DNA from: Escherichia phage T7
Direction: 5' to 3' (one strand)
Length of the DNA stretch: 38,926 bases
Sequence record: MZ375241.1
Numbering within the stretch: position 1 is the first letter of the stretch; each line of letters opens with the position of its first letter. The position numbers were made by a program, and so were the translations under genes. The notes under the pieces are model-generated. The model was not told the origin of the DNA. It did no database searches and was given only the letters and a program-made list of their open reading frames with translations. Positions 19,230 through 29,583 of the stretch are shown here, in pieces.

Positions 19230-20839
19230 TGGCTGAGAAACGAACAGGACTTGCGGAGGATGGCGCAAAGTCTGTCTATGAGCGTTTAAAGAACGACCGT
19301 GCTCCCTATGAGACACGCGCTCAGAATTGCGCTCAATATACCATCCCATCATTGTTCCCTAAGGACTCCGATAACGCCTCTACAGATTATCAAACTCCGT
19401 GGCAAGCCGTGGGCGCTCGTGGTCTGAACAATCTAGCCTCTAAGCTCATGCTGGCTCTATTCCCTATGCAGACTTGGATGCGACTTACTATATCTGAATA
19501 TGAAGCAAAGCAGTTACTGAGCGACCCCGATGGACTCGCTAAGGTCGATGAGGGCCTCTCGATGGTAGAGCGTATCATCATGAACTACATTGAGTCTAAC
19601 AGTTACCGCGTGACTCTCTTTGAGGCTCTCAAACAGTTAGTCGTAGCTGGTAACGTCCTGCTGTACCTACCGGAACCGGAAGGGTCAAACTATAATCCCA
19701 TGAAGCTGTACCGATTGTCTTCTTATGTGGTCCAACGAGACGCATTCGGCAACGTTCTGCAAATGGTGACTCGTGACCAGATAGCTTTTGGTGCTCTCCC
19801 TGAGGACATCCGTAAGGCTGTAGAAGGTCAAGGTGGTGAGAAGAAAGCTGATGAGACAATCGACGTGTACACTCACATCTATCTGGATGAGGACTCAGGT
19901 GAATACCTCCGATACGAAGAGGTCGAGGGTATGGAAGTCCAAGGCTCCGATGGGACTTATCCTAAAGAGGCTTGCCCATACATCCCGATTCGGATGGTCA
20001 GACTAGATGGTGAATCCTACGGTCGTTCGTACATTGAGGAATACTTAGGTGACTTACGGTCCCTTGAAAATCTCCAAGAGGCTATCGTCAAGATGTCCAT
20101 GATTAGCTCTAAGGTTATCGGCTTAGTGAATCCTGCTGGTATCACCCAGCCACGCCGACTGACCAAAGCTCAGACTGGTGACTTCGTTACTGGTCGTCCA
20201 GAAGACATCTCGTTCCTCCAACTGGAGAAGCAAGCAGACTTTACTGTAGCTAAAGCCGTAAGTGACGCTATCGAGGCTCGCCTTTCGTTTGCCTTTATGT
20301 TGAACTCTGCGGTTCAGCGTACAGGTGAACGTGTGACCGCCGAAGAGATTCGGTATGTAGCTTCTGAACTTGAAGATACTTTAGGTGGTGTCTACTCTAT
20401 CCTTTCTCAAGAATTACAATTGCCTCTGGTACGAGTGCTCTTGAAGCAACTACAAGCCACGCAACAGATTCCTGAGTTACCTAAGGAAGCCGTAGAGCCA
20501 ACCATTAGTACAGGTCTGGAAGCAATTGGTCGAGGACAAGACCTTGATAAGCTGGAGCGGTGTGTCACTGCGTGGGCTGCACTGGCACCTATGCGGGACG
20601 ACCCTGATATTAACCTTGCGATGATTAAGTTACGTATTGCCAACGCTATCGGTATTGACACTTCTGGTATTCTACTCACCGAAGAACAGAAGCAACAGAA
20701 GATGGCCCAACAGTCTATGCAAATGGGTATGGATAATGGTGCTGCTGCGCTGGCTCAAGGTATGGCTGCACAAGCTACAGCTTCACCTGAGGCTATGGCT
20801 GCTGCCGCTGATTCCGTAGGTTTACAGCCGGGAATTTAA
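19229..20839 (+). CDS. 8: Portal (head-tail connector) protein
   Basis: 536 aa from MAEKRTGLAEDGAKSVYERL; six-frame ORF starts 5 codons upstream. Confidence 0.95.
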   Translation: MAEKRTGLAEDGAKSVYERLKNDRAPYETRAQNCAQYTIPSLFPKDSDNASTDYQTPWQAVGARGLNNLASKLMLALFPMQTWMRLTISEYEAKQLLSDPDGLAKVDEGLSMVERIIMNYIESNSYRVTLFEALKQLVVAGNVLLYLPEPEGSNYNPMKLYRLSSYVVQRDAFGNVLQMVTRDQIAFGALPEDIRKAVEGQGGEKKADETIDVYTHIYLDEDSGEYLRYEEVEGMEVQGSDGTYPKEACPYIPIRMVRLDGESYGRSYIEEYLGDLRSLENLQEAIVKMSMISSKVIGLVNPAGITQPRRLTKAQTGDFVTGRPEDISFLQLEKQADFTVAKAVSDAIEARLSFAFMLNSAVQRTGERVTAEEIRYVASELEDTLGGVYSILSQELQLPLVRVLLKQLQATQQIPELPKEAVEPTISTGLEAIGRGQDLDKLERCVTAWAALAPMRDDPDINLAMIKLRIANAIGIDTSGILLTEEQKQQKMAQQSMQMGMDNGAAALAQGMAAQATASPEAMAAAADSVGLQPGI

Positions 20840-20859
20840 TACGACTCACTATAGGGAGA
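20837..20859 (+). promoter_or_regulatory. T7 RNAP class III promoter phi9 (+1 at 20854)
   Basis: taatacgactcactatagggaga. Confidence 0.9.
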
Positions 20860-20938
20860 CCTCATCTTTGAAATGAGCGATGACAAGAGGTTGGAGTCCT
20901 CGGTCTTCCTGTAGTTCAACTTTAAGGAGACAATAATA

Positions 20939-21862
20939 ATGGCTGAATCTAATGCAGACGTATATGCATCTTTTGGCGTGAACTCCGCTGTGATGTCTGG
21001 TGGTTCCGTTGAGGAACATGAGCAGAACATGCTGGCTCTTGATGTTGCTGCCCGTGATGGCGATGATGCAATCGAGTTAGCGTCAGACGAAGTGGAAACA
21101 GAACGTGACCTGTATGACAACTCTGACCCGTTCGGTCAAGAGGATGACGAAGGCCGCATTCAGGTTCGTATCGGTGATGGCTCTGAGCCGACCGATGTGG
21201 ACACTGGAGAAGAAGGCGTTGAGGGCACCGAAGGTTCCGAAGAGTTTACCCCACTGGGCGAGACTCCAGAAGAACTGGTAGCTGCCTCTGAGCAACTTGG
21301 TGAGCACGAAGAGGGCTTCCAAGAGATGATTAACATTGCTGCTGAGCGTGGCATGAGTGTCGAGACCATTGAGGCTATCCAGCGTGAGTACGAGGAGAAC
21401 GAAGAGTTGTCCGCCGAGTCCTACGCTAAGCTGGCTGAAATTGGCTACACGAAGGCTTTCATTGACTCGTATATCCGTGGTCAAGAAGCTCTGGTGGAGC
21501 AGTACGTAAACAGTGTCATTGAGTACGCTGGTGGTCGTGAACGTTTTGATGCACTGTATAACCACCTTGAGACGCACAACCCTGAGGCTGCACAGTCGCT
21601 GGATAATGCGTTGACCAATCGTGACTTAGCGACCGTTAAGGCTATCATCAACTTGGCTGGTGAGTCTCGCGCTAAGGCGTTCGGTCGTAAGCCAACTCGT
21701 AGTGTGACTAATCGTGCTATTCCGGCTAAACCTCAGGCTACCAAGCGTGAAGGCTTTGCGGACCGTAGCGAGATGATTAAAGCTATGAGTGACCCTCGGT
21801 ATCGCACAGATGCCAACTATCGTCGTCAAGTCGAACAGAAAGTAATCGATTCGAACTTCTGA
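20939..21862 (+). CDS. 9: Capsid assembly (scaffolding) protein
   Basis: 307-aa acidic ORF. Confidence 0.95.
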   Translation: MAESNADVYASFGVNSAVMSGGSVEEHEQNMLALDVAARDGDDAIELASDEVETERDLYDNSDPFGQEDDEGRIQVRIGDGSEPTDVDTGEEGVEGTEGSEEFTPLGETPEELVAASEQLGEHEEGFQEMINIAAERGMSVETIEAIQREYEENEELSAESYAKLAEIGYTKAFIDSYIRGQEALVEQYVNSVIEYAGGRERFDALYNHLETHNPEAAQSLDNALTNRDLATVKAIINLAGESRAKAFGRKPTRSVTNRAIPAKPQATKREGFADRSEMIKAMSDPRYRTDANYRRQVEQKVIDSNF

Positions 21863-21875
21863 TAGACTTCGAAAT

Positions 21876-21898
21876 TAATACGACTCACTATAGGGAGA
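21876..21898 (+). promoter_or_regulatory. T7 RNAP class III promoter phi10 (+1 at 21893) with the gene 10 leader and RBS
   Basis: taatacgactcactatagggaga followed by ...tttaactttaagaaggagatatacatATG. Confidence 0.95.
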
Positions 21899-21955
21899 CC
21901 ACAACGGTTTCCCTCTAGAAATAATTTTGTTTAACTTTAAGAAGGAGATATACAT

Positions 21956-22993
21956 ATGGCTAGCATGACTGGTGGACAGCAAATGGGTACTAACCAAGGT
22001 AAAGGTGTAGTTGCTGCTGGAGATAAACTGGCGTTGTTCTTGAAGGTATTTGGCGGTGAAGTCCTGACTGCGTTCGCTCGTACCTCCGTGACCACTTCTC
22101 GCCACATGGTACGTTCCATCTCCAGCGGTAAATCCGCTCAGTTCCCTGTTCTGGGTCGCACTCAGGCAGCGTATCTGGCTCCGGGCGAGAACCTCGACGA
22201 TAAACGTAAGGACATCAAACACACCGAGAAGGTAATCACCATTGACGGTCTCCTGACGGCTGACGTTCTGATTTATGATATTGAGGACGCGATGAACCAC
22301 TACGACGTTCGCTCTGAGTATACCTCTCAGTTGGGTGAATCTCTGGCGATGGCTGCGGATGGTGCGGTTCTGGCTGAGATTGCCGGTCTGTGTAACGTGG
22401 AAAGCAAATATAATGAGAACATCGAGGGCTTAGGTACTGCTACCGTAATTGAGACCACTCAGAACAAGGCCGCACTTACCGACCAAGTTGCGCTGGGTAA
22501 GGAGATTATTGCGGCTCTGACTAAGGCTCGTGCGGCTCTGACCAAGAACTATGTTCCGGCTGCTGACCGTGTGTTCTACTGTGACCCAGATAGCTACTCT
22601 GCGATTCTGGCAGCACTGATGCCGAACGCAGCAAACTACGCTGCTCTGATTGACCCTGAGAAGGGTTCTATCCGCAACGTTATGGGCTTTGAGGTTGTAG
22701 AAGTTCCGCACCTCACCGCTGGTGGTGCTGGTACCGCTCGTGAGGGCACTACTGGTCAGAAGCACGTCTTCCCTGCCAATAAAGGTGAGGGTAATGTCAA
22801 GGTTGCTAAGGACAACGTTATCGGCCTGTTCATGCACCGCTCTGCGGTAGGTACTGTTAAGCTGCGTGACTTGGCTCTGGAGCGCGCTCGCCGTGCTAAC
22901 TTCCAAGCGGACCAGATTATCGCTAAGTACGCAATGGGCCACGGTGGTCTTCGCCCAGAAGCTGCTGGTGCAGTGGTTTTCAAAGTGGAGTAA
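21956..22993 (+). CDS. 10A: Major capsid protein 10A
   Basis: 345-codon ORF MASMTGGQQMG... Confidence 0.97.
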   Translation: MASMTGGQQMGTNQGKGVVAAGDKLALFLKVFGGEVLTAFARTSVTTSRHMVRSISSGKSAQFPVLGRTQAAYLAPGENLDDKRKDIKHTEKVITIDGLLTADVLIYDIEDAMNHYDVRSEYTSQLGESLAMAADGAVLAEIAGLCNVESKYNENIEGLGTATVIETTQNKAALTDQVALGKEIIAALTKARAALTKNYVPAADRVFYCDPDSYSAILAALMPNAANYAALIDPEKGSIRNVMGFEVVEVPHLTAGGAGTAREGTTGQKHVFPANKGEGNVKVAKDNVIGLFMHRSAVGTVKLRDLALERARRANFQADQIIAKYAMGHGGLRPEAAGAVVFKVE

Positions 22994-23151
22994 TGCTGGG
23001 GGTGGCCTCAACGGTCGCTGCTAGTCCCGAAGAGGCGAGTGTTACTTCAACAGAAGAAACCTTAACGCCAGCACAGGAGGCCGCACGCACCCGCGCTGCT
23101 AACAAAGCCCGAAAGGAAGCTGAGTTGGCTGCTGCCACCGCTGAGCAATAA
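21956..23151 (+). CDS. 10B: Minor capsid protein 10B made by programmed -1 frameshift near the end of 10A
   Basis: Slippery ggttttc at 22975-22981; the -1 frame stays open to TAA at 23149-23151. Confidence 0.8.
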
Positions 23152-23158
23152 CTAGCAT

Positions 23159-23198
23159 AACCCCTTGGGGCCTCTAAACGGGTCTTGAGGGGTTTTTT
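23159..23198 (+). terminator. Tphi terminator for T7 RNAP
   Basis: aaccccttggggcctctaaacgggtcttgaggggtt stem-loop followed by tttttt. Confidence 0.95.
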
Positions 23199-23216
23199 GC
23201 TGAAAGGAGGAACTAT

Positions 23217-23807
23217 ATGCGCTCATACGATATGAACGTTGAGACTGCCGCTGAGTTATCAGCTGTGAACGACATTCTGGCGTCTATCGGTGAACCTCCG
23301 GTATCAACGCTGGAAGGTGACGCTAACGCAGATGCAGCGAACGCTCGGCGTATTCTCAACAAGATTAACCGACAGATTCAATCTCGTGGATGGACGTTCA
23401 ACATTGAGGAAGGCATAACGCTACTACCTGATGTTTACTCCAACCTGATTGTATACAGTGACGACTATTTATCCCTAATGTCTACTTCCGGTCAATCCAT
23501 CTACGTTAACCGAGGTGGCTATGTGTATGACCGAACGAGTCAATCAGACCGCTTTGACTCTGGTATTACTGTGAACATTATTCGTCTCCGCGACTACGAT
23601 GAGATGCCTGAGTGCTTCCGTTACTGGATTGTCACCAAGGCTTCCCGTCAGTTCAACAACCGATTCTTTGGGGAACCGGAAGTAGAGGGTGTACTCCAAG
23701 AAGAGGAAGATGAGGCTAGACGTCTCTGCATGGAGTATGAGATGGACTACGGTGGGTACAATATGCTGGATGGAGATGCGTTCACTTCTGGTCTACTGAC
23801 TCGCTAA
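23217..23807 (+). CDS. 11: Tail tubular protein A (gatekeeper)
   Basis: 196-aa ORF with RBS aaggagg. Confidence 0.9.
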   Translation: MRSYDMNVETAAELSAVNDILASIGEPPVSTLEGDANADAANARRILNKINRQIQSRGWTFNIEEGITLLPDVYSNLIVYSDDYLSLMSTSGQSIYVNRGGYVYDRTSQSDRFDSGITVNIIRLRDYDEMPECFRYWIVTKASRQFNNRFFGEPEVEGVLQEEEDEARRLCMEYEMDYGGYNMLDGDAFTSGLLTR

Positions 23808-23830
23808 CATTAATAAATAAGGAGGCTCTA

Positions 23831-26215
23831 ATGGCACTCATTAGCCAATCAATCAAGAACTTGAAGGGTGGTATCAGCCAACAGCCTGACATCCTTCGTT
23901 ATCCAGACCAAGGGTCACGCCAAGTTAACGGTTGGTCTTCGGAGACCGAGGGCCTCCAAAAGCGTCCACCTCTTGTTTTCTTAAATACACTTGGAGACAA
24001 CGGTGCGTTAGGTCAAGCTCCGTACATCCACCTGATTAACCGAGATGAGCACGAACAGTATTACGCTGTGTTCACTGGTAGCGGAATCCGAGTGTTCGAC
24101 CTTTCTGGTAACGAGAAGCAAGTTAGGTATCCTAACGGTTCCAACTACATCAAGACCGCTAATCCACGTAACGACCTGCGAATGGTTACTGTAGCAGACT
24201 ATACGTTCATCGTTAACCGTAACGTTGTTGCACAGAAGAACACAAAGTCTGTCAACTTACCGAATTACAACCCTAATCAAGACGGATTGATTAACGTTCG
24301 TGGTGGTCAGTATGGTAGGGAACTAATTGTACACATTAACGGTAAAGACGTTGCGAAGTATAAGATACCAGATGGTAGTCAACCTGAACACGTAAACAAT
24401 ACGGATGCCCAATGGTTAGCTGAAGAGTTAGCCAAGCAGATGCGCACTAACTTGTCTGATTGGACTGTAAATGTAGGGCAAGGGTTCATCCATGTGACCG
24501 CACCTAGTGGTCAACAGATTGACTCCTTCACGACTAAAGATGGCTACGCAGACCAGTTGATTAACCCTGTGACCCACTACGCTCAGTCGTTCTCTAAGCT
24601 GCCACCTAATGCTCCTAACGGCTACATGGTGAAAATCGTAGGGGACGCCTCTAAGTCTGCCGACCAGTATTACGTTCGGTATGACGCTGAGCGGAAAGTT
24701 TGGACTGAGACTTTAGGTTGGAACACTGAGGACCAAGTTCTATGGGAAACCATGCCACACGCTCTTGTGCGAGCCGCTGACGGTAATTTCGACTTCAAGT
24801 GGCTTGAGTGGTCTCCTAAGTCTTGTGGTGACGTTGACACCAACCCTTGGCCTTCTTTTGTTGGTTCAAGTATTAACGATGTGTTCTTCTTCCGTAACCG
24901 CTTAGGATTCCTTAGTGGGGAGAACATCATATTGAGTCGTACAGCCAAATACTTCAACTTCTACCCTGCGTCCATTGCGAACCTTAGTGATGACGACCCT
25001 ATAGACGTAGCTGTGAGTACCAACCGAATAGCAATCCTTAAGTACGCCGTTCCGTTCTCAGAAGAGTTACTCATCTGGTCCGATGAAGCACAATTCGTCC
25101 TGACTGCCTCGGGTACTCTCACATCTAAGTCGGTTGAGTTGAACCTAACGACCCAGTTTGACGTACAGGACCGAGCGAGACCTTTTGGGATTGGGCGTAA
25201 TGTCTACTTTGCTAGTCCGAGGTCCAGCTTCGCGTCCATCCACAGGTACTACGCTGTGCAGGATGTCAGTTCCGTTAAGAATGCTGAGGACATTACATCA
25301 CACGTTCCTAACTACATCCCTAATGGTGTGTTCAGTATTTGCGGAAGTGGTACGGAAAACTTCTGTTCGGTACTATCTCACGGGGACCCTAGTAAAATCT
25401 TCATGTACAAATTCCTGTACCTGAACGAAGAGTTAAGGCAACAGTCGTGGTCTCATTGGGACTTTGGGGAAAACGTACAGGTTCTAGCTTGTCAGAGTAT
25501 CAGCTCAGATATGTATGTGATTCTTCGCAATGAGTTCAATACGTTCCTAGCTAGAATCTCTTTCACTAAGAACGCCATTGACTTACAGGGAGAACCCTAT
25601 CGTGCCTTTATGGACATGAAGATTCGATACACGATTCCTAGTGGAACATACAACGATGACACATTCACTACCTCTATTCATATTCCAACAATTTATGGTG
25701 CAAACTTCGGGAGGGGCAAAATCACTGTATTGGAGCCTGATGGTAAGATAACCGTGTTTGAGCAACCTACGGCTGGGTGGAATAGCGACCCTTGGCTGAG
25801 ACTCAGCGGTAACTTGGAGGGACGCATGGTGTACATTGGGTTCAACATTAACTTCGTATATGAGTTCTCTAAGTTCCTCATCAAGCAGACTGCCGACGAC
25901 GGGTCTACCTCCACGGAAGACATTGGGCGCTTACAGTTACGCCGAGCGTGGGTTAACTACGAGAACTCTGGTACGTTTGACATTTATGTTGAGAACCAAT
26001 CGTCTAACTGGAAGTACACAATGGCTGGTGCCCGATTAGGCTCTAACACTCTGAGGGCTGGGAGACTGAACTTAGGGACCGGACAATATCGATTCCCTGT
26101 GGTTGGTAACGCCAAGTTCAACACTGTATACATCTTGTCAGATGAGACTACCCCTCTGAACATCATTGGGTGTGGCTGGGAAGGTAACTACTTACGGAGA
26201 AGTTCCGGTATTTAA
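23831..26215 (+). CDS. 12: Tail tubular protein B (nozzle)
   Basis: 794-aa ORF. Confidence 0.9.
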   Translation: MALISQSIKNLKGGISQQPDILRYPDQGSRQVNGWSSETEGLQKRPPLVFLNTLGDNGALGQAPYIHLINRDEHEQYYAVFTGSGIRVFDLSGNEKQVRYPNGSNYIKTANPRNDLRMVTVADYTFIVNRNVVAQKNTKSVNLPNYNPNQDGLINVRGGQYGRELIVHINGKDVAKYKIPDGSQPEHVNNTDAQWLAEELAKQMRTNLSDWTVNVGQGFIHVTAPSGQQIDSFTTKDGYADQLINPVTHYAQSFSKLPPNAPNGYMVKIVGDASKSADQYYVRYDAERKVWTETLGWNTEDQVLWETMPHALVRAADGNFDFKWLEWSPKSCGDVDTNPWPSFVGSSINDVFFFRNRLGFLSGENIILSRTAKYFNFYPASIANLSDDDPIDVAVSTNRIAILKYAVPFSEELLIWSDEAQFVLTASGTLTSKSVELNLTTQFDVQDRARPFGIGRNVYFASPRSSFASIHRYYAVQDVSSVKNAEDITSHVPNYIPNGVFSICGSGTENFCSVLSHGDPSKIFMYKFLYLNEELRQQSWSHWDFGENVQVLACQSISSDMYVILRNEFNTFLARISFTKNAIDLQGEPYRAFMDMKIRYTIPSGTYNDDTFTTSIHIPTIYGANFGRGKITVLEPDGKITVFEQPTAGWNSDPWLRLSGNLEGRMVYIGFNINFVYEFSKFLIKQTADDGSTSTEDIGRLQLRRAWVNYENSGTFDIYVENQSSNWKYTMAGARLGSNTLRAGRLNLGTGQYRFPVVGNAKFNTVYILSDETTPLNIIGCGWEGNYLRRSSGI

Positions 26216-26245
26216 TTAAATATTCTCCCTGTGGTGGCTCGAAAT

Positions 26246-26268
26246 TAATACGACTCACTATAGGGAGA
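26246..26268 (+). promoter_or_regulatory. T7 RNAP class III promoter phi13 (+1 at 26263)
   Basis: taatacgactcactatagggaga. Confidence 0.9.
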
Positions 26269-26295
26269 ACAATACGACTACGGGAGGGTTTTCTT

Positions 26296-26712
26296 ATGAT
26301 GACTATAAGACCTACTAAAAGTACAGACTTTGAGGTATTCACTCCGGCTCACCATGACATTCTTGAAGCTAAGGCTGCTGGTATTGAGCCGAGTTTCCCT
26401 GATGCTTCCGAGTGTGTCACGTTGAGCCTCTATGGGTTCCCTCTAGCTATCGGTGGTAACTGCGGGGACCAGTGCTGGTTCGTTACGAGCGACCAAGTGT
26501 GGCGACTTAGTGGAAAGGCTAAGCGAAAGTTCCGTAAGTTAATCATGGAGTATCGCGATAAGATGCTTGAGAAGTATGATACTCTTTGGAATTACGTATG
26601 GGTAGGCAATACGTCCCACATTCGTTTCCTCAAGACTATCGGTGCGGTATTCCATGAAGAGTACACACGAGATGGTCAATTTCAGTTATTTACAATCACG
26701 AAAGGAGGATAA
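26296..26712 (+). CDS. 13: Internal virion protein A
   Basis: 138-aa ORF. Confidence 0.85.
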   Translation: MMTIRPTKSTDFEVFTPAHHDILEAKAAGIEPSFPDASECVTLSLYGFPLAIGGNCGDQCWFVTSDQVWRLSGKAKRKFRKLIMEYRDKMLEKYDTLWNYVWVGNTSHIRFLKTIGAVFHEEYTRDGQFQLFTITKGG

Positions 26713-26716
26713 CCAT

Positions 26717-27307
26717 ATGTGTTGGGCAGCCGCAATACCTATCGCTATATCTGGCGCTCAGGCTATCAGTGGTCAGAACGCTCAGGCCAAAATGATTGCC
26801 GCTCAGACCGCTGCTGGTCGTCGTCAAGCTATGGAAATCATGAGGCAGACGAACATCCAGAATGCTGACCTATCGTTGCAAGCTCGAAGTAAACTTGAGG
26901 AAGCGTCCGCCGAGTTGACCTCACAGAACATGCAGAAGGTCCAAGCTATTGGGTCTATCCGAGCGGCTATCGGAGAGAGTATGCTTGAAGGTTCCTCAAT
27001 GGACCGCATTAAGCGAGTCACAGAAGGACAGTTCATTCGGGAAGCCAATATGGTAACTGAGAACTATCGCCGTGACTACCAAGCAATCTTCGCACAGCAA
27101 CTTGGTGGTACTCAAAGTGCTGCAAGTCAGATTGACGAAATCTATAAGAGCGAACAGAAACAGAAGAGTAAGCTACAGATGGTTCTGGACCCACTGGCTA
27201 TCATGGGGTCTTCCGCTGCGAGTGCTTACGCATCCGGTGCGTTCGACTCTAAGTCCACAACTAAGGCACCTATTGTTGCCGCTAAAGGAACCAAGACGGG
27301 GAGGTAA
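26717..27307 (+). CDS. 14: Internal core protein B
   Basis: ATG at 26717 after RBS aaaggagg; 196 aa. Confidence 0.85.
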   Translation: MCWAAAIPIAISGAQAISGQNAQAKMIAAQTAAGRRQAMEIMRQTNIQNADLSLQARSKLEEASAELTSQNMQKVQAIGSIRAAIGESMLEGSSMDRIKRVTEGQFIREANMVTENYRRDYQAIFAQQLGGTQSAASQIDEIYKSEQKQKSKLQMVLDPLAIMGSSAASAYASGAFDSKSTTKAPIVAAKGTKTGR

Positions 27308-27313
27308 TGAGCT

Positions 27314-29557
27314 ATGAGTAAAATTGAATCTGCCCTTCAAGCGGCACAACCGGGACTCTCTCGGTTACGTGGTGGTGCTGGAGGTATGGGCTATCGTGCA
27401 GCAACCACTCAGGCCGAACAGCCAAGGTCAAGCCTATTGGACACCATTGGTCGGTTCGCTAAGGCTGGTGCCGATATGTATACCGCTAAGGAACAACGAG
27501 CACGAGACCTAGCTGATGAACGCTCTAACGAGATTATCCGTAAGCTGACCCCTGAGCAACGTCGAGAAGCTCTCAACAACGGGACCCTTCTGTATCAGGA
27601 TGACCCATACGCTATGGAAGCACTCCGAGTCAAGACTGGTCGTAACGCTGCGTATCTTGTGGACGATGACGTTATGCAGAAGATAAAAGAGGGTGTCTTC
27701 CGTACTCGCGAAGAGATGGAAGAGTATCGCCATAGTCGCCTTCAAGAGGGCGCTAAGGTATACGCTGAGCAGTTCGGCATCGACCCTGAGGACGTTGATT
27801 ATCAGCGTGGTTTCAACGGGGACATTACCGAGCGTAACATCTCGCTGTATGGTGCGCATGATAACTTCTTGAGCCAGCAAGCTCAGAAGGGCGCTATCAT
27901 GAACAGCCGAGTGGAACTCAACGGTGTCCTTCAAGACCCTGATATGCTGCGTCGTCCAGACTCTGCTGACTTCTTTGAGAAGTATATCGACAACGGTCTG
28001 GTTACTGGCGCAATCCCATCTGATGCTCAAGCCACACAGCTTATAAGCCAAGCGTTCAGTGACGCTTCTAGCCGTGCTGGTGGTGCTGACTTCCTGATGC
28101 GAGTCGGTGACAAGAAGGTAACACTTAACGGAGCCACTACGACTTACCGAGAGTTGATTGGTGAGGAACAGTGGAACGCTCTCATGGTCACAGCACAACG
28201 TTCTCAGTTTGAGACTGACGCGAAGCTGAACGAGCAGTATCGCTTGAAGATTAACTCTGCGCTGAACCAAGAGGACCCAAGGACAGCTTGGGAGATGCTT
28301 CAAGGTATCAAGGCTGAACTAGATAAGGTCCAACCTGATGAGCAGATGACACCACAACGTGAGTGGCTAATCTCCGCACAGGAACAAGTTCAGAATCAGA
28401 TGAACGCATGGACGAAAGCTCAGGCCAAGGCTCTGGACGATTCCATGAAGTCAATGAACAAACTTGACGTAATCGACAAGCAATTCCAGAAGCGAATCAA
28501 CGGTGAGTGGGTCTCAACGGATTTTAAGGATATGCCAGTCAACGAGAACACTGGTGAGTTCAAGCATAGCGATATGGTTAACTACGCCAATAAGAAGCTC
28601 GCTGAGATTGACAGTATGGACATTCCAGACGGTGCCAAGGATGCTATGAAGTTGAAGTACCTTCAAGCGGACTCTAAGGACGGAGCATTCCGTACAGCCA
28701 TCGGAACCATGGTCACTGACGCTGGTCAAGAGTGGTCTGCCGCTGTGATTAACGGTAAGTTACCAGAACGAACCCCAGCTATGGATGCTCTGCGCAGAAT
28801 CCGCAATGCTGACCCTCAGTTGATTGCTGCGCTATACCCAGACCAAGCTGAGCTATTCCTGACGATGGACATGATGGACAAGCAGGGTATTGACCCTCAG
28901 GTTATTCTTGATGCCGACCGACTGACTGTTAAGCGGTCCAAAGAGCAACGCTTTGAGGATGATAAAGCATTCGAGTCTGCACTGAATGCATCTAAGGCTC
29001 CTGAGATTGCCCGTATGCCAGCGTCACTGCGCGAATCTGCACGTAAGATTTATGACTCCGTTAAGTATCGCTCGGGGAACGAAAGCATGGCTATGGAGCA
29101 GATGACCAAGTTCCTTAAGGAATCTACCTACACGTTCACTGGTGATGATGTTGACGGTGATACCGTTGGTGTGATTCCTAAGAATATGATGCAGGTTAAC
29201 TCTGACCCGAAATCATGGGAGCAAGGTCGGGATATTCTGGAGGAAGCACGTAAGGGAATCATTGCGAGCAACCCTTGGATAACCAATAAGCAACTGACCA
29301 TGTATTCTCAAGGTGACTCCATTTACCTTATGGACACCACAGGTCAAGTCAGAGTCCGATACGACAAAGAGTTACTCTCGAAGGTCTGGAGTGAGAACCA
29401 GAAGAAACTCGAAGAGAAAGCTCGTGAGAAGGCTCTGGCTGATGTGAACAAGCGAGCACCTATAGTTGCCGCTACGAAGGCCCGTGAAGCTGCTGCTAAA
29501 CGAGTCCGAGAGAAACGTAAACAGACTCCTAAGTTCATCTACGGACGTAAGGAGTAA
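27314..29557 (+). CDS. 15: Internal core protein C
   Basis: 747-aa ORF. Confidence 0.9.
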   Translation: MSKIESALQAAQPGLSRLRGGAGGMGYRAATTQAEQPRSSLLDTIGRFAKAGADMYTAKEQRARDLADERSNEIIRKLTPEQRREALNNGTLLYQDDPYAMEALRVKTGRNAAYLVDDDVMQKIKEGVFRTREEMEEYRHSRLQEGAKVYAEQFGIDPEDVDYQRGFNGDITERNISLYGAHDNFLSQQAQKGAIMNSRVELNGVLQDPDMLRRPDSADFFEKYIDNGLVTGAIPSDAQATQLISQAFSDASSRAGGADFLMRVGDKKVTLNGATTTYRELIGEEQWNALMVTAQRSQFETDAKLNEQYRLKINSALNQEDPRTAWEMLQGIKAELDKVQPDEQMTPQREWLISAQEQVQNQMNAWTKAQAKALDDSMKSMNKLDVIDKQFQKRINGEWVSTDFKDMPVNENTGEFKHSDMVNYANKKLAEIDSMDIPDGAKDAMKLKYLQADSKDGAFRTAIGTMVTDAGQEWSAAVINGKLPERTPAMDALRRIRNADPQLIAALYPDQAELFLTMDMMDKQGIDPQVILDADRLTVKRSKEQRFEDDKAFESALNASKAPEIARMPASLRESARKIYDSVKYRSGNESMAMEQMTKFLKESTYTFTGDDVDGDTVGVIPKNMMQVNSDPKSWEQGRDILEEARKGIIASNPWITNKQLTMYSQGDSIYLMDTTGQVRVRYDKELLSKVWSENQKKLEEKAREKALADVNKRAPIVAATKAREAAAKRVREKRKQTPKFIYGRKE

Positions 29558-29583
29558 CTAAAGGCTACATAAGGAGGCCCTAA

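Noticed and set aside
21876-21990. Sequence identical to common expression-vector parts (T7 promoter, gene 10 leader/RBS, MASMTGGQQMG tag) and the Tphi terminator at 23159-23198, suggesting plasmid contamination
   Set aside because: These elements are native here: they sit in front of the full-length capsid gene between scaffold gene 9 and tail gene 11, which is where the vector parts were originally taken from
27509-28303. Long antisense ORFs in the six-frame track (e.g. 27509-28303, 264 aa; 22430-23011, 193 aa; 766-1191, 141 aa; 16526-17065, 179 aa)
   Set aside because: Each lies fully inside a well-supported + strand gene or early leader; T7-type genomes are transcribed left to right from one strand and these ORFs have no RBS or promoter context
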